The translations under genes were made by a program, and so were the position numbers. Of a stretch of 64,000 bases of DNA, positions 32,362 to 42,390 are shown in pieces (positions within the stretch are counted from its first letter, which is position 1; each line of letters starts with the position of its first letter). The stretch comes from an uncultured Chthonomonadaceae bacterium (GTDB taxonomy: Bacteria; Armatimonadota; Chthonomonadetes; Chthonomonadales; Chthonomonadaceae). A model generated the notes under the pieces. That model was not told the DNA's origin, made no database searches, and saw only the letters and a list, made by a program, of their open reading frames with translations. The DNA lies in the NCBI GenBank assembly GCA_963835065.1, contig CAWIEK010000008.1:11809-75808 (forward strand), read 5' to 3'.

Positions 32362-32850
32362 CTAACGCAGCATTTTGGACATGAAGCGGTGTTCGATGTC
32401 GCAGTCCAGAAAGATGTCGCCTGCCGCCACATAGCCGAGTTTCTCGTAAAAAGGAATGGCGTAGCATTGCGCGTCCAGAACCAGTTGGGTAAAGCCGCGT
32501 TCGCGGGCCGTCTGCTCCACCGTTCGCATCAGCAGCGCGCCCACGCCCTTGCCCCGGTGTTCCCGCAGCACGGCAACGCGCCCGATCTTGCCCTTGCCAT
32601 GTCCCTTGTCCACCAGCCGCGCCGCGCCAACAATGGACGCGGCCTCCGCTTCCTGCGCGCCGGTTTGACGTGCCCAAAAGTGCGTGGCGACCATATCCAG
32701 CGCGTCCAATTCCTCTTCGGGCGGAACCGCCTGCTCCTCAACAAAAACAACCATGCGGACGGCAAAAACCGCTTCCCGCTCCTCATTTGTATGTACCAGT
32801 CCCGCCGTGTAACCGGGCGCGTTGCCGTTTTCTAATGCTGCTGTGTTCAT
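32362..32850 (-). CDS. GNAT acetyltransferase (YjcF/ElaA-like)
   Basis: VFVEEQAVP, KIGRVAV..HRGKGVG, FYEKLGY. Confidence 0.9.
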   Translation of the reverse strand: MNTAALENGNAPGYTAGLVHTNEEREAVFAVRMVVFVEEQAVPPEEELDALDMVATHFWARQTGAQEAEAASIVGAARLVDKGHGKGKIGRVAVLREHRGKGVGALLMRTVEQTARERGFTQLVLDAQCYAIPFYEKLGYVAAGDIFLDCDIEHRFMSKMLR

Positions 32851-32915
32851 ACGCGCTATTTCGCCCTGCTTTGCGCAGTTTCCTGCCGGGGGTTACGCAT
32901 CTACGCATCTACGTA

Positions 32916-32957
32916 CACCTGAACACCTGAACACCTGAACACCGAACACCGAATACC
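32916..32957 (-). repeat. (GGTGTTCA)n 8-mer arm downstream of cheA stop
   Basis: acacctga tandem units on + strand; same unit as 5234-5347. Confidence 0.8.
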
Positions 32958-32976
32958 GGCGTTTTCAGGGTAGGCT

Positions 32977-34956
32977 CTATGCCGCCTGCCGGTAAACAGT
33001 ATTGGATGTGCGCATACTTTGGATCAGCGCGGGCACATCCATAATCAAAGCCACGCGCCCGTCGCCCATAATTGTGGCTCCGGCGATGCCTTCCACCTTG
33101 CGGTAATTGGTTTCCAGGCTTTTGACGACCACCTGGCTCTGGCCGATGAGTTTATCCACGAGCAGCGCCACTTTCAGGCCGGCGTTTTCCACAATGACCA
33201 GCAAGCCGCGCGTGGGGTCGGTGACAAACGAGGCCGCGCCGAAAACCTGGTACAAGCGCATAATCGGCAGCGCCTCGCCCCGTACCAGCGCCACCTCGCG
33301 TTGGCCGGCGAGCATACGAATCTCGCCCGCTTTTGGCCGGATGCTTTCCACGATGCTTGTCAGGGGAAGCACGTACACTTCCTCGCCCACCAATACGGAC
33401 AGCCCTTCCAGAATCGCCATCGTCAGCGGCAGGCGGATGCGGAAGCGCGTACCGTGACCGGGCGTGGAAAGAAGGGTAATCGAGCCGCCGAGACTTTGCG
33501 CGGACTGCTTTACAATGTCCATGCCCACGCCGCGCCCGGACAAATCCGTCACCTGCGGAGCCGTGGAAAAGCCCGGATGAAAGATGAAGTTGTACAGCGT
33601 TTCGTCAGGCGGGGGCGGGTCGCTTTCCAACAGCAGGCCGCGCTCAATGGCTTTACGCAGGATGCGTTCGCCGTTCAGCCCACGCCCATCGTCCGACACT
33701 TCGATAACGATACTGCCCCCCTCATGGAAAGCGTTGAGCGCGATAATGCCCGTTTCGGCCTTGCCCGCGTCGCGCCGCTCTTCGGGCGTTTCCAGACCGT
33801 GATCCACGCTGTTGCGGATAAGATGCGTGAGCGGGTCGGCAATCGCTTCGATCACCGATTTGTCCAATTCCGTGTCTTCGCCGGACGTCCTCAGTTCAAC
33901 TTTCTTGCCGCAGATCGTCGCCAGATCATACACCAGGCGCGGAAAGCGGCCAAACGCATATTTGATGGGCAGCATCCGCACAGCCATCACGCGCTCCTGC
34001 AGTTCGCGGCTGGCGCGTTCCATTTCCGCCACCGCTTCGCGCAGGCGCGGCAGTTTCGCCATCGAAAAGTTCTGGACGACTTCGTTGAGCATGGACTGGT
34101 TGATAATCAACTCGCCCACCAGATTGATAAGTTTGTCTATTTTATCCGTCGCCACGCGCAGTGTTTGCGTTTCGCTTTTACCGGCAGGAACGCTTGCGCT
34201 AAGGGATGAGGGAGACACCGTAAGGGATGAGGGATAAGGGATGAGGGATGAGGGCTTCGCTTGCGTTTCCCCTTTGGCGACTGGAACGCTTACATCGAAG
34301 GCGTTTTTAGTGGAAGCGCTTACATCGAAGGCGCTTACATTAGCAGCGTTTTCATCCGAAGCAATTTCATCGAAAGCACGTGTCGGCGCAAGGGTTGGCG
34401 CGGGTGTCGGCGCGAAAAACTCCTCGAATGTTGTGGACGGAGCGGCGTCGGCGTCTGGTACAGCGGCAGGCTGCTCGTCCGGCGCTGACGCGGAACCAGT
34501 CTGTTCCACCAGCATCTGCGCGATTTCGGCGCGCAGGGCGTCCTCGTCCCACTCTTCTTCCACATAGCCCGTAAGCGCGATTACTTCTTCGATTTGAAAA
34601 ATCAGAGTTTCGGAAGCTTTGGCTGCCGCCGCCGCGCCCCGCGCCACCGCAAGCAGCGCTTTCAATTGATCCAGCGATTCCAGCAGCAAATGCGTGATTT
34701 GCGTATCTACCTGCGCTTTGCCGTTGCGCAGCAAGTCCAGCAGGGTTTCGAGGCTGTGGGTGAAGCGCGCCATATCCGCAAAACCGAATGTGGCGCTGCC
34801 GCCTTTGATGGAGTGCGCGCAGCGAAAAATGGTGTTGAGCAGTTCCGGCTCATTGGGCGCGGACGCCAGCCGCAGCAGCAGTTTCTCCAGGTCCGCCAGA
34901 ATGTCTTCGGTTTCTTCAAAAAACGTCTGCTGGAATACGCTCATATCAATGTTCAT
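32977..34956 (-). CDS. cheA: Chemotaxis histidine kinase
   Basis: FRCAHSIKGG (HPt), HLIRNSVDHG, DDGRG, SGRGVGMD, CheW domain. Confidence 0.95.
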   Translation of the reverse strand: MNIDMSVFQQTFFEETEDILADLEKLLLRLASAPNEPELLNTIFRCAHSIKGGSATFGFADMARFTHSLETLLDLLRNGKAQVDTQITHLLLESLDQLKALLAVARGAAAAAKASETLIFQIEEVIALTGYVEEEWDEDALRAEIAQMLVEQTGSASAPDEQPAAVPDADAAPSTTFEEFFAPTPAPTLAPTRAFDEIASDENAANVSAFDVSASTKNAFDVSVPVAKGETQAKPSSLIPYPSSLTVSPSSLSASVPAGKSETQTLRVATDKIDKLINLVGELIINQSMLNEVVQNFSMAKLPRLREAVAEMERASRELQERVMAVRMLPIKYAFGRFPRLVYDLATICGKKVELRTSGEDTELDKSVIEAIADPLTHLIRNSVDHGLETPEERRDAGKAETGIIALNAFHEGGSIVIEVSDDGRGLNGERILRKAIERGLLLESDPPPPDETLYNFIFHPGFSTAPQVTDLSGRGVGMDIVKQSAQSLGGSITLLSTPGHGTRFRIRLPLTMAILEGLSVLVGEEVYVLPLTSIVESIRPKAGEIRMLAGQREVALVRGEALPIMRLYQVFGAASFVTDPTRGLLVIVENAGLKVALLVDKLIGQSQVVVKSLETNYRKVEGIAGATIMGDGRVALIMDVPALIQSMRTSNTVYRQAA

Positions 34957-35154
34957 ACAGCGATACCTTTTTCATCACGGCTTTCAGCGGCCCACATGCC
35001 TGCCAACGCAGCCCTGTTTGCTCACGCTCATTCTCAACGCTTGAAAAACGGTCAGGGGAAGGGGGCGGTACTGCAAATGGGTACTATTGTCGGCTGAGTT
35101 ACCGTAATGTTTAGGTTGTTCTTGCTGCAGAAAGCGTCATCTGTCTCGGAAACG

Positions 35155-35260
35155 GGAGGGTTGGCGTTGAAAATAGCCCCTCTCATATGCTTTTCGGGAG
35201 CGGGGTTCGGCTAAAAATTAGCCCCTCTCCCAAAGTTGGGAGAGGGGTTGGGGTGAGGGC
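35155..35260. repeat. Tandem CCCTCTCCC-type REP units
   Basis: Two ~45-bp palindromic units ending ggggtgagggc. Confidence 0.75.
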
Positions 35261-35274
35261 CTCAATACTTACCT

Positions 35275-36480
35275 TTATTGCGCGGGAAGCGTAAACCAAA
35301 ACGTGCTGCCTTTGCCGTACTCGCTTTGCACCTGTACGCTGCCGCCGTGCATTTCGACGATGTGCTTCACGATGGACAGCCCCAGTCCCGTTCCCCCCGA
35401 TTGGCGCGAACGCGCTTTGTCCACGCGGTAAAAACGCTCGAATAAGCGCGGCACGTCCTGGCTGAGAACGCCGATACCCGTATCTTTCACATAGACACCG
35501 GCGCGGCTGTCCCTGATTTCCGTCCACACGGTGATTTTGCCGCCGCTTGGCGTGTACTTGATGGCATTGTCTACGAGATTGACCAGTACCTGCTCGATTT
35601 GATCGCGGTTAGCGTTGATTTCAATATGCGGGCCACCCGTGTAAGCCAGCTGCAGATTGGATTTTTCCGCCTGTGGGCTTAGTCGTTCAATCACGTCGCG
35701 TACAAGCGTGGTGAGCGCGAAGGGTTCACGTTCGGGAGCCTGTGACTCGGCGCGCGACAGGATGAGCAGGTCTTCCAGAATCCGCGTCAGGCGCTCCACT
35801 TCGCCCACAATGATGTTGACAAAGCGATTGGCGACTTCGCTATCGTACAGCGCGCCGTCCTGAAGGGTTTCCGCCATTGCGCGTATGGAGGCAAGGGGCG
35901 TTCGCAATTCGTGGGAAACATTCGCCACAAAATCCCGGCGCACCGTTTCCAGTCGGCGTAATTCGGTGACATCCTCAAACAGCAGCAGAAAGCAGGGGTC
36001 GGGGCCGGATTCCTCAAACGTGGGAAGACGCCCGTTGGGGTCGGCTATGTCGGAAAGGAGCAGGGGAATCACGCGAGTTCGCAGGGTGCGCCCGCCGATT
36101 TCAGCGCGCTGAATCTCCTGCACCTGCGCCGCGCCGGTTTCCTGCGCCCGGTTCACGAGCGCCCCGATTTCGTAGGAAAGCGTCGCTTCCAGCAGCGTTT
36201 TGCCGACAAGCGCATTCCCGCGCAGGCTCAACAGGCGTGTCGCCGCCGCATTGCCTTCCAAAATGCGTTTTTGCGCATCGGCAATGAGGACGCCGGTATC
36301 CAACTGCTCCAGCAGCAGGCGATACACTGCCGCGCTGATGCCATTGCCTTCCTGAACACTGTTCAAATTACCAACCTGTTCACTATAAACGCCCGCTTTA
36401 TCAGAGCCGAGTCGGGAACGACCCGTCTGCTCCACTGCGGTCAATCGGTCTGCGACCGGGCCACGCTTCGTCCTCACCAA
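35275..36480 (-). CDS. phoR: PAS sensor histidine kinase, PhoR-like
   Basis: LRRLETVRRDFVANVSHELRTPL, FERFYRVDKARSR, GGTGLGL. Confidence 0.75.
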   Translation of the reverse strand: MVRTKRGPVADRLTAVEQTGRSRLGSDKAGVYSEQVGNLNSVQEGNGISAAVYRLLLEQLDTGVLIADAQKRILEGNAAATRLLSLRGNALVGKTLLEATLSYEIGALVNRAQETGAAQVQEIQRAEIGGRTLRTRVIPLLLSDIADPNGRLPTFEESGPDPCFLLLFEDVTELRRLETVRRDFVANVSHELRTPLASIRAMAETLQDGALYDSEVANRFVNIIVGEVERLTRILEDLLILSRAESQAPEREPFALTTLVRDVIERLSPQAEKSNLQLAYTGGPHIEINANRDQIEQVLVNLVDNAIKYTPSGGKITVWTEIRDSRAGVYVKDTGIGVLSQDVPRLFERFYRVDKARSRQSGGTGLGLSIVKHIVEMHGGSVQVQSEYGKGSTFWFTLPAQ

Positions 36481-36497
36481 TCACCCGCCACCCGCCA

Positions 36498-37172
36498 CTA
36501 ACCACTAAATTTATAGCCGACGCCGCGCACGGTCAGCAGGCGGCGGGGATGCGAAGGATCGTCTTCCACTTTTTCGCGCAGCCAGCGGATATGCACGTCA
36601 ACCGTGCGCTCCTCAACGTAGGCTTCCGCGCCCCAAACCCGATCCAGCAGCACTTGCCGCGAAAACACCTGCCCCGGATGCGTGGCAAGGAAGCGCAGCA
36701 ATTCAAATTCTTTGGGTGACAGCGTGACCGGGCGGGTTCCCACGCGAACCTCGAACCGGGTCGGGTCAATGGTCAGATTGCCGGCCTGTATCGGCTGTTC
36801 GGTCAGTTCCTGCGCATTCGTGCGGCGCAGAACGCCCTTCACCCGCGCCATCAGTTCGCGCATGTTGAACGGCTTGGTGACGTAATCATCCGCGCCCAAT
36901 TCCAGGCCGACAACGCGATCTGAGGAATCGGCGCGGGCCGTCAGCATGATAATGGGAACGCTGTTCTGCTTGCGCAGCATCCGGCACACATCAAAACCAC
37001 TGGCGGAAGGCAGCATTACATCTAATATAATCAGGTCCGGCTGATCGCGTTTGGCGATCTCCAGGCATTGCTCCGCGTCGGCGGCGGTCAGCACGCGGAA
37101 GCCTTCCTTTTTCAAATTGTAGGCGACAGCTTCTACAATCGGCAATTCGTCATCCACGACGAGAACTTTCAT
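36498..37172 (-). CDS. OmpR-family response regulator, PhoB/PhoP-like
   Basis: VLVVDDE, DLIILDVMLP, GADDYVTKPF, RTVDVHIRWLREK. Confidence 0.9.
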   Translation of the reverse strand: MKVLVVDDELPIVEAVAYNLKKEGFRVLTAADAEQCLEIAKRDQPDLIILDVMLPSASGFDVCRMLRKQNSVPIIMLTARADSSDRVVGLELGADDYVTKPFNMRELMARVKGVLRRTNAQELTEQPIQAGNLTIDPTRFEVRVGTRPVTLSPKEFELLRFLATHPGQVFSRQVLLDRVWGAEAYVEERTVDVHIRWLREKVEDDPSHPRRLLTVRGVGYKFSG

Positions 37173-37382
37173 GGCGGCGTTCCTCATCCTTCCCGACATA
37201 TCGCCCACGAGGTCGGCGCAGGTCACGCCACGAACCCCGAAGAAACTGCTACATAATAATTATAGCATCTTGCGGGCGTCACGCAGGGAAGGCAGCAGGC
37301 GCAAGATACGCTAAACAAGGCAATTTCCGCGCCGAGTCGCAAATTCAAGCCTTAAATTGGATGTATACAAATGTCACACAAA

Positions 37383-37529
37383 AGGGATGGGAGTTGAAAA
37401 ATAGCCTCTCTTATACGCTTGTGGGAGAGGAATTGGGGTTAATACAGCCTCTCGCGCAAAACTGGGAAAGGGGTTGAGGGTTAAAAACAGCCCCTGACCC
37501 AAAGTTGGAGGAGGGGCTGGGGTGAGGGC
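37383..37529. repeat. Tandem CCCTCTCCC-type REP units (three degenerate copies)
   Basis: Same unit and orientation as 35155-35260. Confidence 0.7.
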
Positions 37530-37548
37530 AAGAATAGTTACGATTCTG

Positions 37549-39078
37549 CTATTTCAGCCCTGTTTCGGAGGTGCCGGGCGCAGGCGCGGACGTGGCGGCG
37601 TCGCCCACATAGCGGAAATAGGCGAGCCGGTTCAGCAGGCTGGCGGCGGCATCCGTGTCCGGGTTGGCATTGTTAGCGGTGCTGCGATCTAGTTCCGCTT
37701 CCAAAACAACGGCCTGCCCCGCCGTTGCGGTTTGCGTTTGTATGAAGACTTTGACCTTCATCAAGACCATGTTGTTGGCAAAGGCCGTGCGCGCTGCGCG
37801 GTACACGTTGCGCAGCAGTATCTCCTGTCCATGCGAACTGCTGTCCAAAACCAGCGAAGGCGCTCCTGTCAGCAGCACAGTAGCCCCGACGCCGCCATCC
37901 GCGACGGTTCGCGCCTGCTGCAAGCCATCCGTCAGCCGGTTCGAGGGCGGCGCCGACTGCGCGGTTACGTTGCCCTCTGCTGAGGAAAGAGGCCGCACTT
38001 CCTGCACGGGCGCGGGCGGAACATTGAGCAGGGGCGTGGCATTGGCGCTTGTTTGCGCGCCGGAACCAAAGGCAGGCAGTGTCGAACCGGACGGCGGCGT
38101 ACTTGTCGTTGGCATCGCGCGAGTGACAGCCGGGGCGGTTGTGGTGTGCGCGTTACGGTCAGGAGGCAGGCCCGCGCCTCCCGTAACCACCGGGCGATTG
38201 CCGTTTGCCGCTCGTATCACGGTGTAGGAGGGCAGGGTTTTGTCCAGATGGTGTGAGGGCATGTCGAAGGAGCCGGTTCCGAACGGCGCGCGCGCGCGAG
38301 GCGTTTTGGCATTGGCGTTCGCGTTGCCATGCGCCCGATTCCACACCAGAGCCACAAGCGCCAGCATAACGAACGCGACGGAAATCGTAGTAATCCCGCG
38401 CAGCCATCGGCGCGGCGATAAGCCCATTAAGTTCTGCGTACCCGTGTTCAGATCGGTTTCGCGGTCTATCGCCGACACGGACGAGTCGCCGTATCCGCGC
38501 TGAGTTCGCAGCACGTTCATGCGCTCGTGCCGCTCCCGCTGCTGCTTCACCTGTTCCAGTTTGGCTTGATCGGTCGGGTTGGGGCGCAGATCAACCGCCA
38601 TGCCGTACCACTGAATGGCGTCATCCAGGCGGTTCTGGTCGCGGTAAACATCGCCGAGCAGAACATGCGCCGTCTGGTTGGCAGGCTGCAAGCGCAGGAC
38701 GGCCACGCAGCAGTCAATGGCTTCGTCCCACTGGTGGCGCATCCGATGCAGGTTTGCCTGCGCCAGTAATGCGTGAATGGTCTGTCCCGACAGTTTTTCG
38801 TTGGGCAGTCCCGCTCCCGCCGACGTTTCCGGCAGTCCGGGAAAGGGCGAGGTCTGCACTTTGCCGCTTACGCCACCGGAAAGGGTATTGGCGCGTAAAG
38901 CGGCGGCGAGCGCCATCTGCATTTCATTATCAGGGCCGGCCTGAGCCGAAGTGAAAACAGCCCCATCCGAATCGGCGTGATTATTCGCCGCGCTATGCTC
39001 GGTGGCTTTGCCGCAGCGCGGGCAGAAATTGGCGTCAGCGCTCAACTTCATCTCACATTGGGTACATTCCATAGTCAT
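37549..39078 (-). CDS. Zinc-ribbon + TPR membrane-anchored hypothetical protein
   Basis: CTQC..ANFCPRCG; AHVLLGDVY TPR; one TM. Confidence 0.75.
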   Translation of the reverse strand: MTMECTQCEMKLSADANFCPRCGKATEHSAANNHADSDGAVFTSAQAGPDNEMQMALAAALRANTLSGGVSGKVQTSPFPGLPETSAGAGLPNEKLSGQTIHALLAQANLHRMRHQWDEAIDCCVAVLRLQPANQTAHVLLGDVYRDQNRLDDAIQWYGMAVDLRPNPTDQAKLEQVKQQRERHERMNVLRTQRGYGDSSVSAIDRETDLNTGTQNLMGLSPRRWLRGITTISVAFVMLALVALVWNRAHGNANANAKTPRARAPFGTGSFDMPSHHLDKTLPSYTVIRAANGNRPVVTGGAGLPPDRNAHTTTAPAVTRAMPTTSTPPSGSTLPAFGSGAQTSANATPLLNVPPAPVQEVRPLSSAEGNVTAQSAPPSNRLTDGLQQARTVADGGVGATVLLTGAPSLVLDSSSHGQEILLRNVYRAARTAFANNMVLMKVKVFIQTQTATAGQAVVLEAELDRSTANNANPDTDAAASLLNRLAYFRYVGDAATSAPAPGTSETGLK

Positions 39079-39135
39079 TGTTCCAACACAAAAGGCTGTA
39101 CAACGGACAGCAAACAAGCGCAACTCGCAGTTATT

Positions 39136-39507
39136 TTACTCCAGCCCCGTTTTAATTTTATTACGGCGTAGAGTGATAGGAGTGAAGCGCGCATAGGTGA
39201 AGAACAGAACACAAGCGCCTATCTCAACGGCAAGCCAGACAGCCAGCATCAGCAGCACGGTCAACCATCCCCAAAATGCGCCTGCAAGCGCGAAAACCTG
39301 GAAAACGCTCCACACGCACAGGATGATAAACGCCACCAACCCGGCTACAAATGGTATCATACCGCGCATCCGTATCAGCAGCCACGTCCGGCAATGTGGG
39401 CAGCGAATGGTGAATGGCGTCGGCGCTTTGATGCCCGCGCCGATACCAACACGCCTGCCGCAATTGGGGCAGGGTGTAGAAAGTCTGCGGGGTGGCCTAT
39501 CGTCCAT
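39136..39507 (-). CDS. Small membrane protein with N-terminal zinc finger
   Basis: CPNC...CPHC followed by two hydrophobic helices. Confidence 0.6.
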   Translation of the reverse strand: MDDRPPRRLSTPCPNCGRRVGIGAGIKAPTPFTIRCPHCRTWLLIRMRGMIPFVAGLVAFIILCVWSVFQVFALAGAFWGWLTVLLMLAVWLAVEIGACVLFFTYARFTPITLRRNKIKTGLE

Positions 39508-39571
39508 CTTGTCTCCGGGGTGTCTCTTAAATAGTATAGACGTTACATGGGATGCAGGCGTTAGCGTGATT

Positions 39572-40045
39572 TTATTTATGCCCGGTGCTGCCGAAGCCGC
39601 CACTGCCCCGCGCAGTTCCCGGCAGGGTTTCCACTTCCACCACAACAGCGCGGGTTACGGGAGCAATTACCAACTGCGCGATTCGATTGCCGCGCTCGAT
39701 AGTAAATGCCGACTGTCCCCAATTCACAAGCAAAACCTGTAAAACACCCCGGTAATCGCTGTCAATGGTTCCGGGCGCATTGAGGACGCCGATGCCGTGC
39801 TTGACCGCCCAGCCGCTTCGCGCCCGCACCTGCCCCTCATACCCTGCGGGAATTGCAACGCGCAAGCCGGTCGTAATCAAAGCCCGTTCTCCCGGCGCAA
39901 GCGTCACCGGCGCATCCACAGGCAACGCCGCAATCAAATCCAACCCGGCAGCCTGTTCCGTAGCATACGCGGGAAGCGGCAGCCCTTCAGCCTCCGCTTC
40001 CCGAACAAACGTCACCTGCGCCCCACTTGTTTCCATTTGACTCAT
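39572..40045 (-). CDS. dut: dUTP diphosphatase
   Basis: [36 protein letters not shown]. Confidence 0.95.
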   Translation of the reverse strand: MSQMETSGAQVTFVREAEAEGLPLPAYATEQAAGLDLIAALPVDAPVTLAPGERALITTGLRVAIPAGYEGQVRARSGWAVKHGIGVLNAPGTIDSDYRGVLQVLLVNWGQSAFTIERGNRIAQLVIAPVTRAVVVEVETLPGTARGSGGFGSTGHK

Positions 40046-40070
40046 GGTTTTTGAGGGATGTTCCCAGGCA

Positions 40071-40195
40071 AGTTGATAGTTGATAGTTGATAGTTGATAG
40101 TACAATCCGCTGGCGAGTAGTCCAATTCTCAACTCATATCTACGATAAAATGGTGTAGGTAAAGCGCATCTAATCAACTATCAACTATCAACTAT
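40071..40195. repeat. Inverted (AGTTGAT)n/(ATCAACT)n hairpin between kinase and dut
   Basis: 4 units at 40071-40098, 3 units at 40173-40193. Confidence 0.85.
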
Positions 40196-41931
40196 TTACT
40201 TTCTTCCGCCACCGGCTGCTTGCGCGGGAAGCGGAACCAGAACGTGGAGCCTTTGCCGTGTCCGTCGCTTTCGGGCATCAGTTTGCCGTGATGCCCTTTG
40301 GCGATGGCGGTGACGAGGTACAGGCCAATGCCCGTTCCCTGCTTGCCCCGCGCGCTTCGCGCCCGCTCGAACAGCCTGCCGACGCGCTTCAATTCGGTTT
40401 CCGACAGCCCCAACCCTTGATCCTTGATGCCAACCCGGATCATTTCCGGCTGTTCGTCCGTGGCAGGCTCTATGCGCCCGATTACGCGCACTTCGCCGCC
40501 GTCCGGGGCGTATTTGATGGCGTTGGAAAGCAGGTTGTGCAGCACGTTCTGGAACAAGTCCGGGTCGGTTTCCGCGATGATATGTTCGGGTTCAAAGTCC
40601 ACAACAAACTGGTGCTTGTCCGTGCGTCCCTTCTGCATGGTCAGCGCGTCTTCCACCGACTTTTGCAGGTCAACTTCGGCCCAGTTGAATTCCAGGCCCG
40701 CGCCGCGCTCAATGCGGGACACATTGAGCAGGTCGTTGATAAGGCGGCTCAGGCGGTCTACGTTTTCATCAATGATGGTGTAGAACTCGCGCCGGTCCTC
40801 CCGCATGTACCATTCTTCATTCTCATCGTCGAGCAGGGTGCGAATGAAGCCTTTCATGGGCGTGAGCGGGGTGCGCAGTTCGTGCGACACGATGGAAACG
40901 AATTCCGTTTTCATGCGCTCCACAGCGCGAAGGTCGGTGATGTCGTTGAAAATGACCACGATACCGAACGGCTGATTGTCGTCGTCGCGCACATTGGCGG
41001 CGTGAACCTGATAAACGTAGGTGATGCCTTCCTCGTCCGTAACGGTGATTTCATCCGGCTTGCGCGGTTCTTCTTCTTCGTCATCACTTGGCGGCTTGGG
41101 GTTATTCGCTTCGTCAATTTTGCGGTTCAGAATGGCAAGGCACTGCTCATGCTCGATCACATCCGAGAAGGGCTTGTGCAGGGGATCGCTGCCGTCTTTG
41201 ACGCCGAACATGGCACGCGCCTGCGCGTTTATCTGGCTGATGCGGCCATGCTGATTAATTAAAATCAGCCCCGCCGTCAGGCTTTCCAGCGTATGTACCA
41301 GTTTTTGCTTTTCCTGAACCACTTCCTGATACATCTGCGCGTTGGCGATAACCGCAGCCGCGTTGCGCGACAGGCGTTCCAGCAGGCGCACATCCTCTTC
41401 GATGAACGCGCCGCCATAACGCTTGTTGAAGCAATGCAAAACGCCGATACGCATTTGTTCGACAATATGGTTTTCATCGTCGCGCCGCTCCACCACGAGG
41501 GGCACGGTCACGCCGTTGCGGATGCGCAGGCCGGGCAGATGCTCCACCAGCGCGCGGGGATCGTCACTCGCGTCCTGCAAGATGGATGCCTTGCCGGACA
41601 TAAACACTTCCCCGGAAATGCCCCGTTCCGCTTCGATGCGGTAGGATTTTACTTCCAGATCGGTCATGCCGAAGGCGGGGGCGCGGGCGACAAGTTCATC
41701 GGCTTCCCGGTCGCGCACCATAATCACGCATTTTTCGGCCTGCACGATCATGGCCGTGCGCTGCACAAGCCGGCGCAGGGTGTCTTCAAATTCGCTGATG
41801 GCGCTGGGAAGTTCGCCGGACTCGGCGGCTCCGGCACGGGAGCGCTCCAGAGCGTCTATCTTTTCTTTTTGCTCGGCCAGTTGCCGATGCAGGCTTTCTA
41901 TCTCTTTTTTGAGAGTCTCGTTATCTTCCAT
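40192..41931 (-). CDS. Cytoplasmic GAF-PAS sensor histidine kinase
   Basis: SHELRTPL, NLLSNAIKY, DQGLG, GTGIGL. Confidence 0.9.
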   Translation of the reverse strand: MEDNETLKKEIESLHRQLAEQKEKIDALERSRAGAAESGELPSAISEFEDTLRRLVQRTAMIVQAEKCVIMVRDREADELVARAPAFGMTDLEVKSYRIEAERGISGEVFMSGKASILQDASDDPRALVEHLPGLRIRNGVTVPLVVERRDDENHIVEQMRIGVLHCFNKRYGGAFIEEDVRLLERLSRNAAAVIANAQMYQEVVQEKQKLVHTLESLTAGLILINQHGRISQINAQARAMFGVKDGSDPLHKPFSDVIEHEQCLAILNRKIDEANNPKPPSDDEEEEPRKPDEITVTDEEGITYVYQVHAANVRDDDNQPFGIVVIFNDITDLRAVERMKTEFVSIVSHELRTPLTPMKGFIRTLLDDENEEWYMREDRREFYTIIDENVDRLSRLINDLLNVSRIERGAGLEFNWAEVDLQKSVEDALTMQKGRTDKHQFVVDFEPEHIIAETDPDLFQNVLHNLLSNAIKYAPDGGEVRVIGRIEPATDEQPEMIRVGIKDQGLGLSETELKRVGRLFERARSARGKQGTGIGLYLVTAIAKGHHGKLMPESDGHGKGSTFWFRFPRKQPVAEESK

Positions 41932-42390
41932 AATGCTTAGTGCCACCTGCCCCATTCCCTTCTGCCGCGCGACAAACTCAAGGCGTGTCCCGGAACCGCT
42001 TGCTGCATTATAACATAACCCCTTCCCAAGCGTCAACCAGGCAAGTTTTCCGACATCAAGCCGATACAGGACGGCCTGAAACGAGGTACAATTTTATATC
42101 GCTGCCGGACTACAATCTTGAAACGTACTGAACACTACGCAACGCAAAGTGAAAACATTGCTTTGCGCTTTCTGGGTGGCAGAGGCCGGGTACCGACACG
42201 AGCGTTCCGAGTGTTGAAAACACCCGGCAGGAAAGAGCAAGCGTCTTCCAGACGCAACTTCCAGAAAGCATGGGCGCGTCTGAAAGACGCTTGCTTTGTC
42301 CAGACAGGGGTTTTCAACCCCTGCCAACCACACGGGCGCTATTTCACAGTAGGCGTTAAAAACCCGAAACGAAGGAGATTGCGCGGATTT

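Noticed and set aside
37383..37529. CRISPR array
   Set aside because: Units are degenerate and adjacent with no unique spacers, and there are no cas genes; they fit REP-like repeats.
40046..40177. N-terminal extension of dut
   Set aside because: It is a translation of the heptamer hairpin; ATG 40045 gives a normal-length dUTPase.
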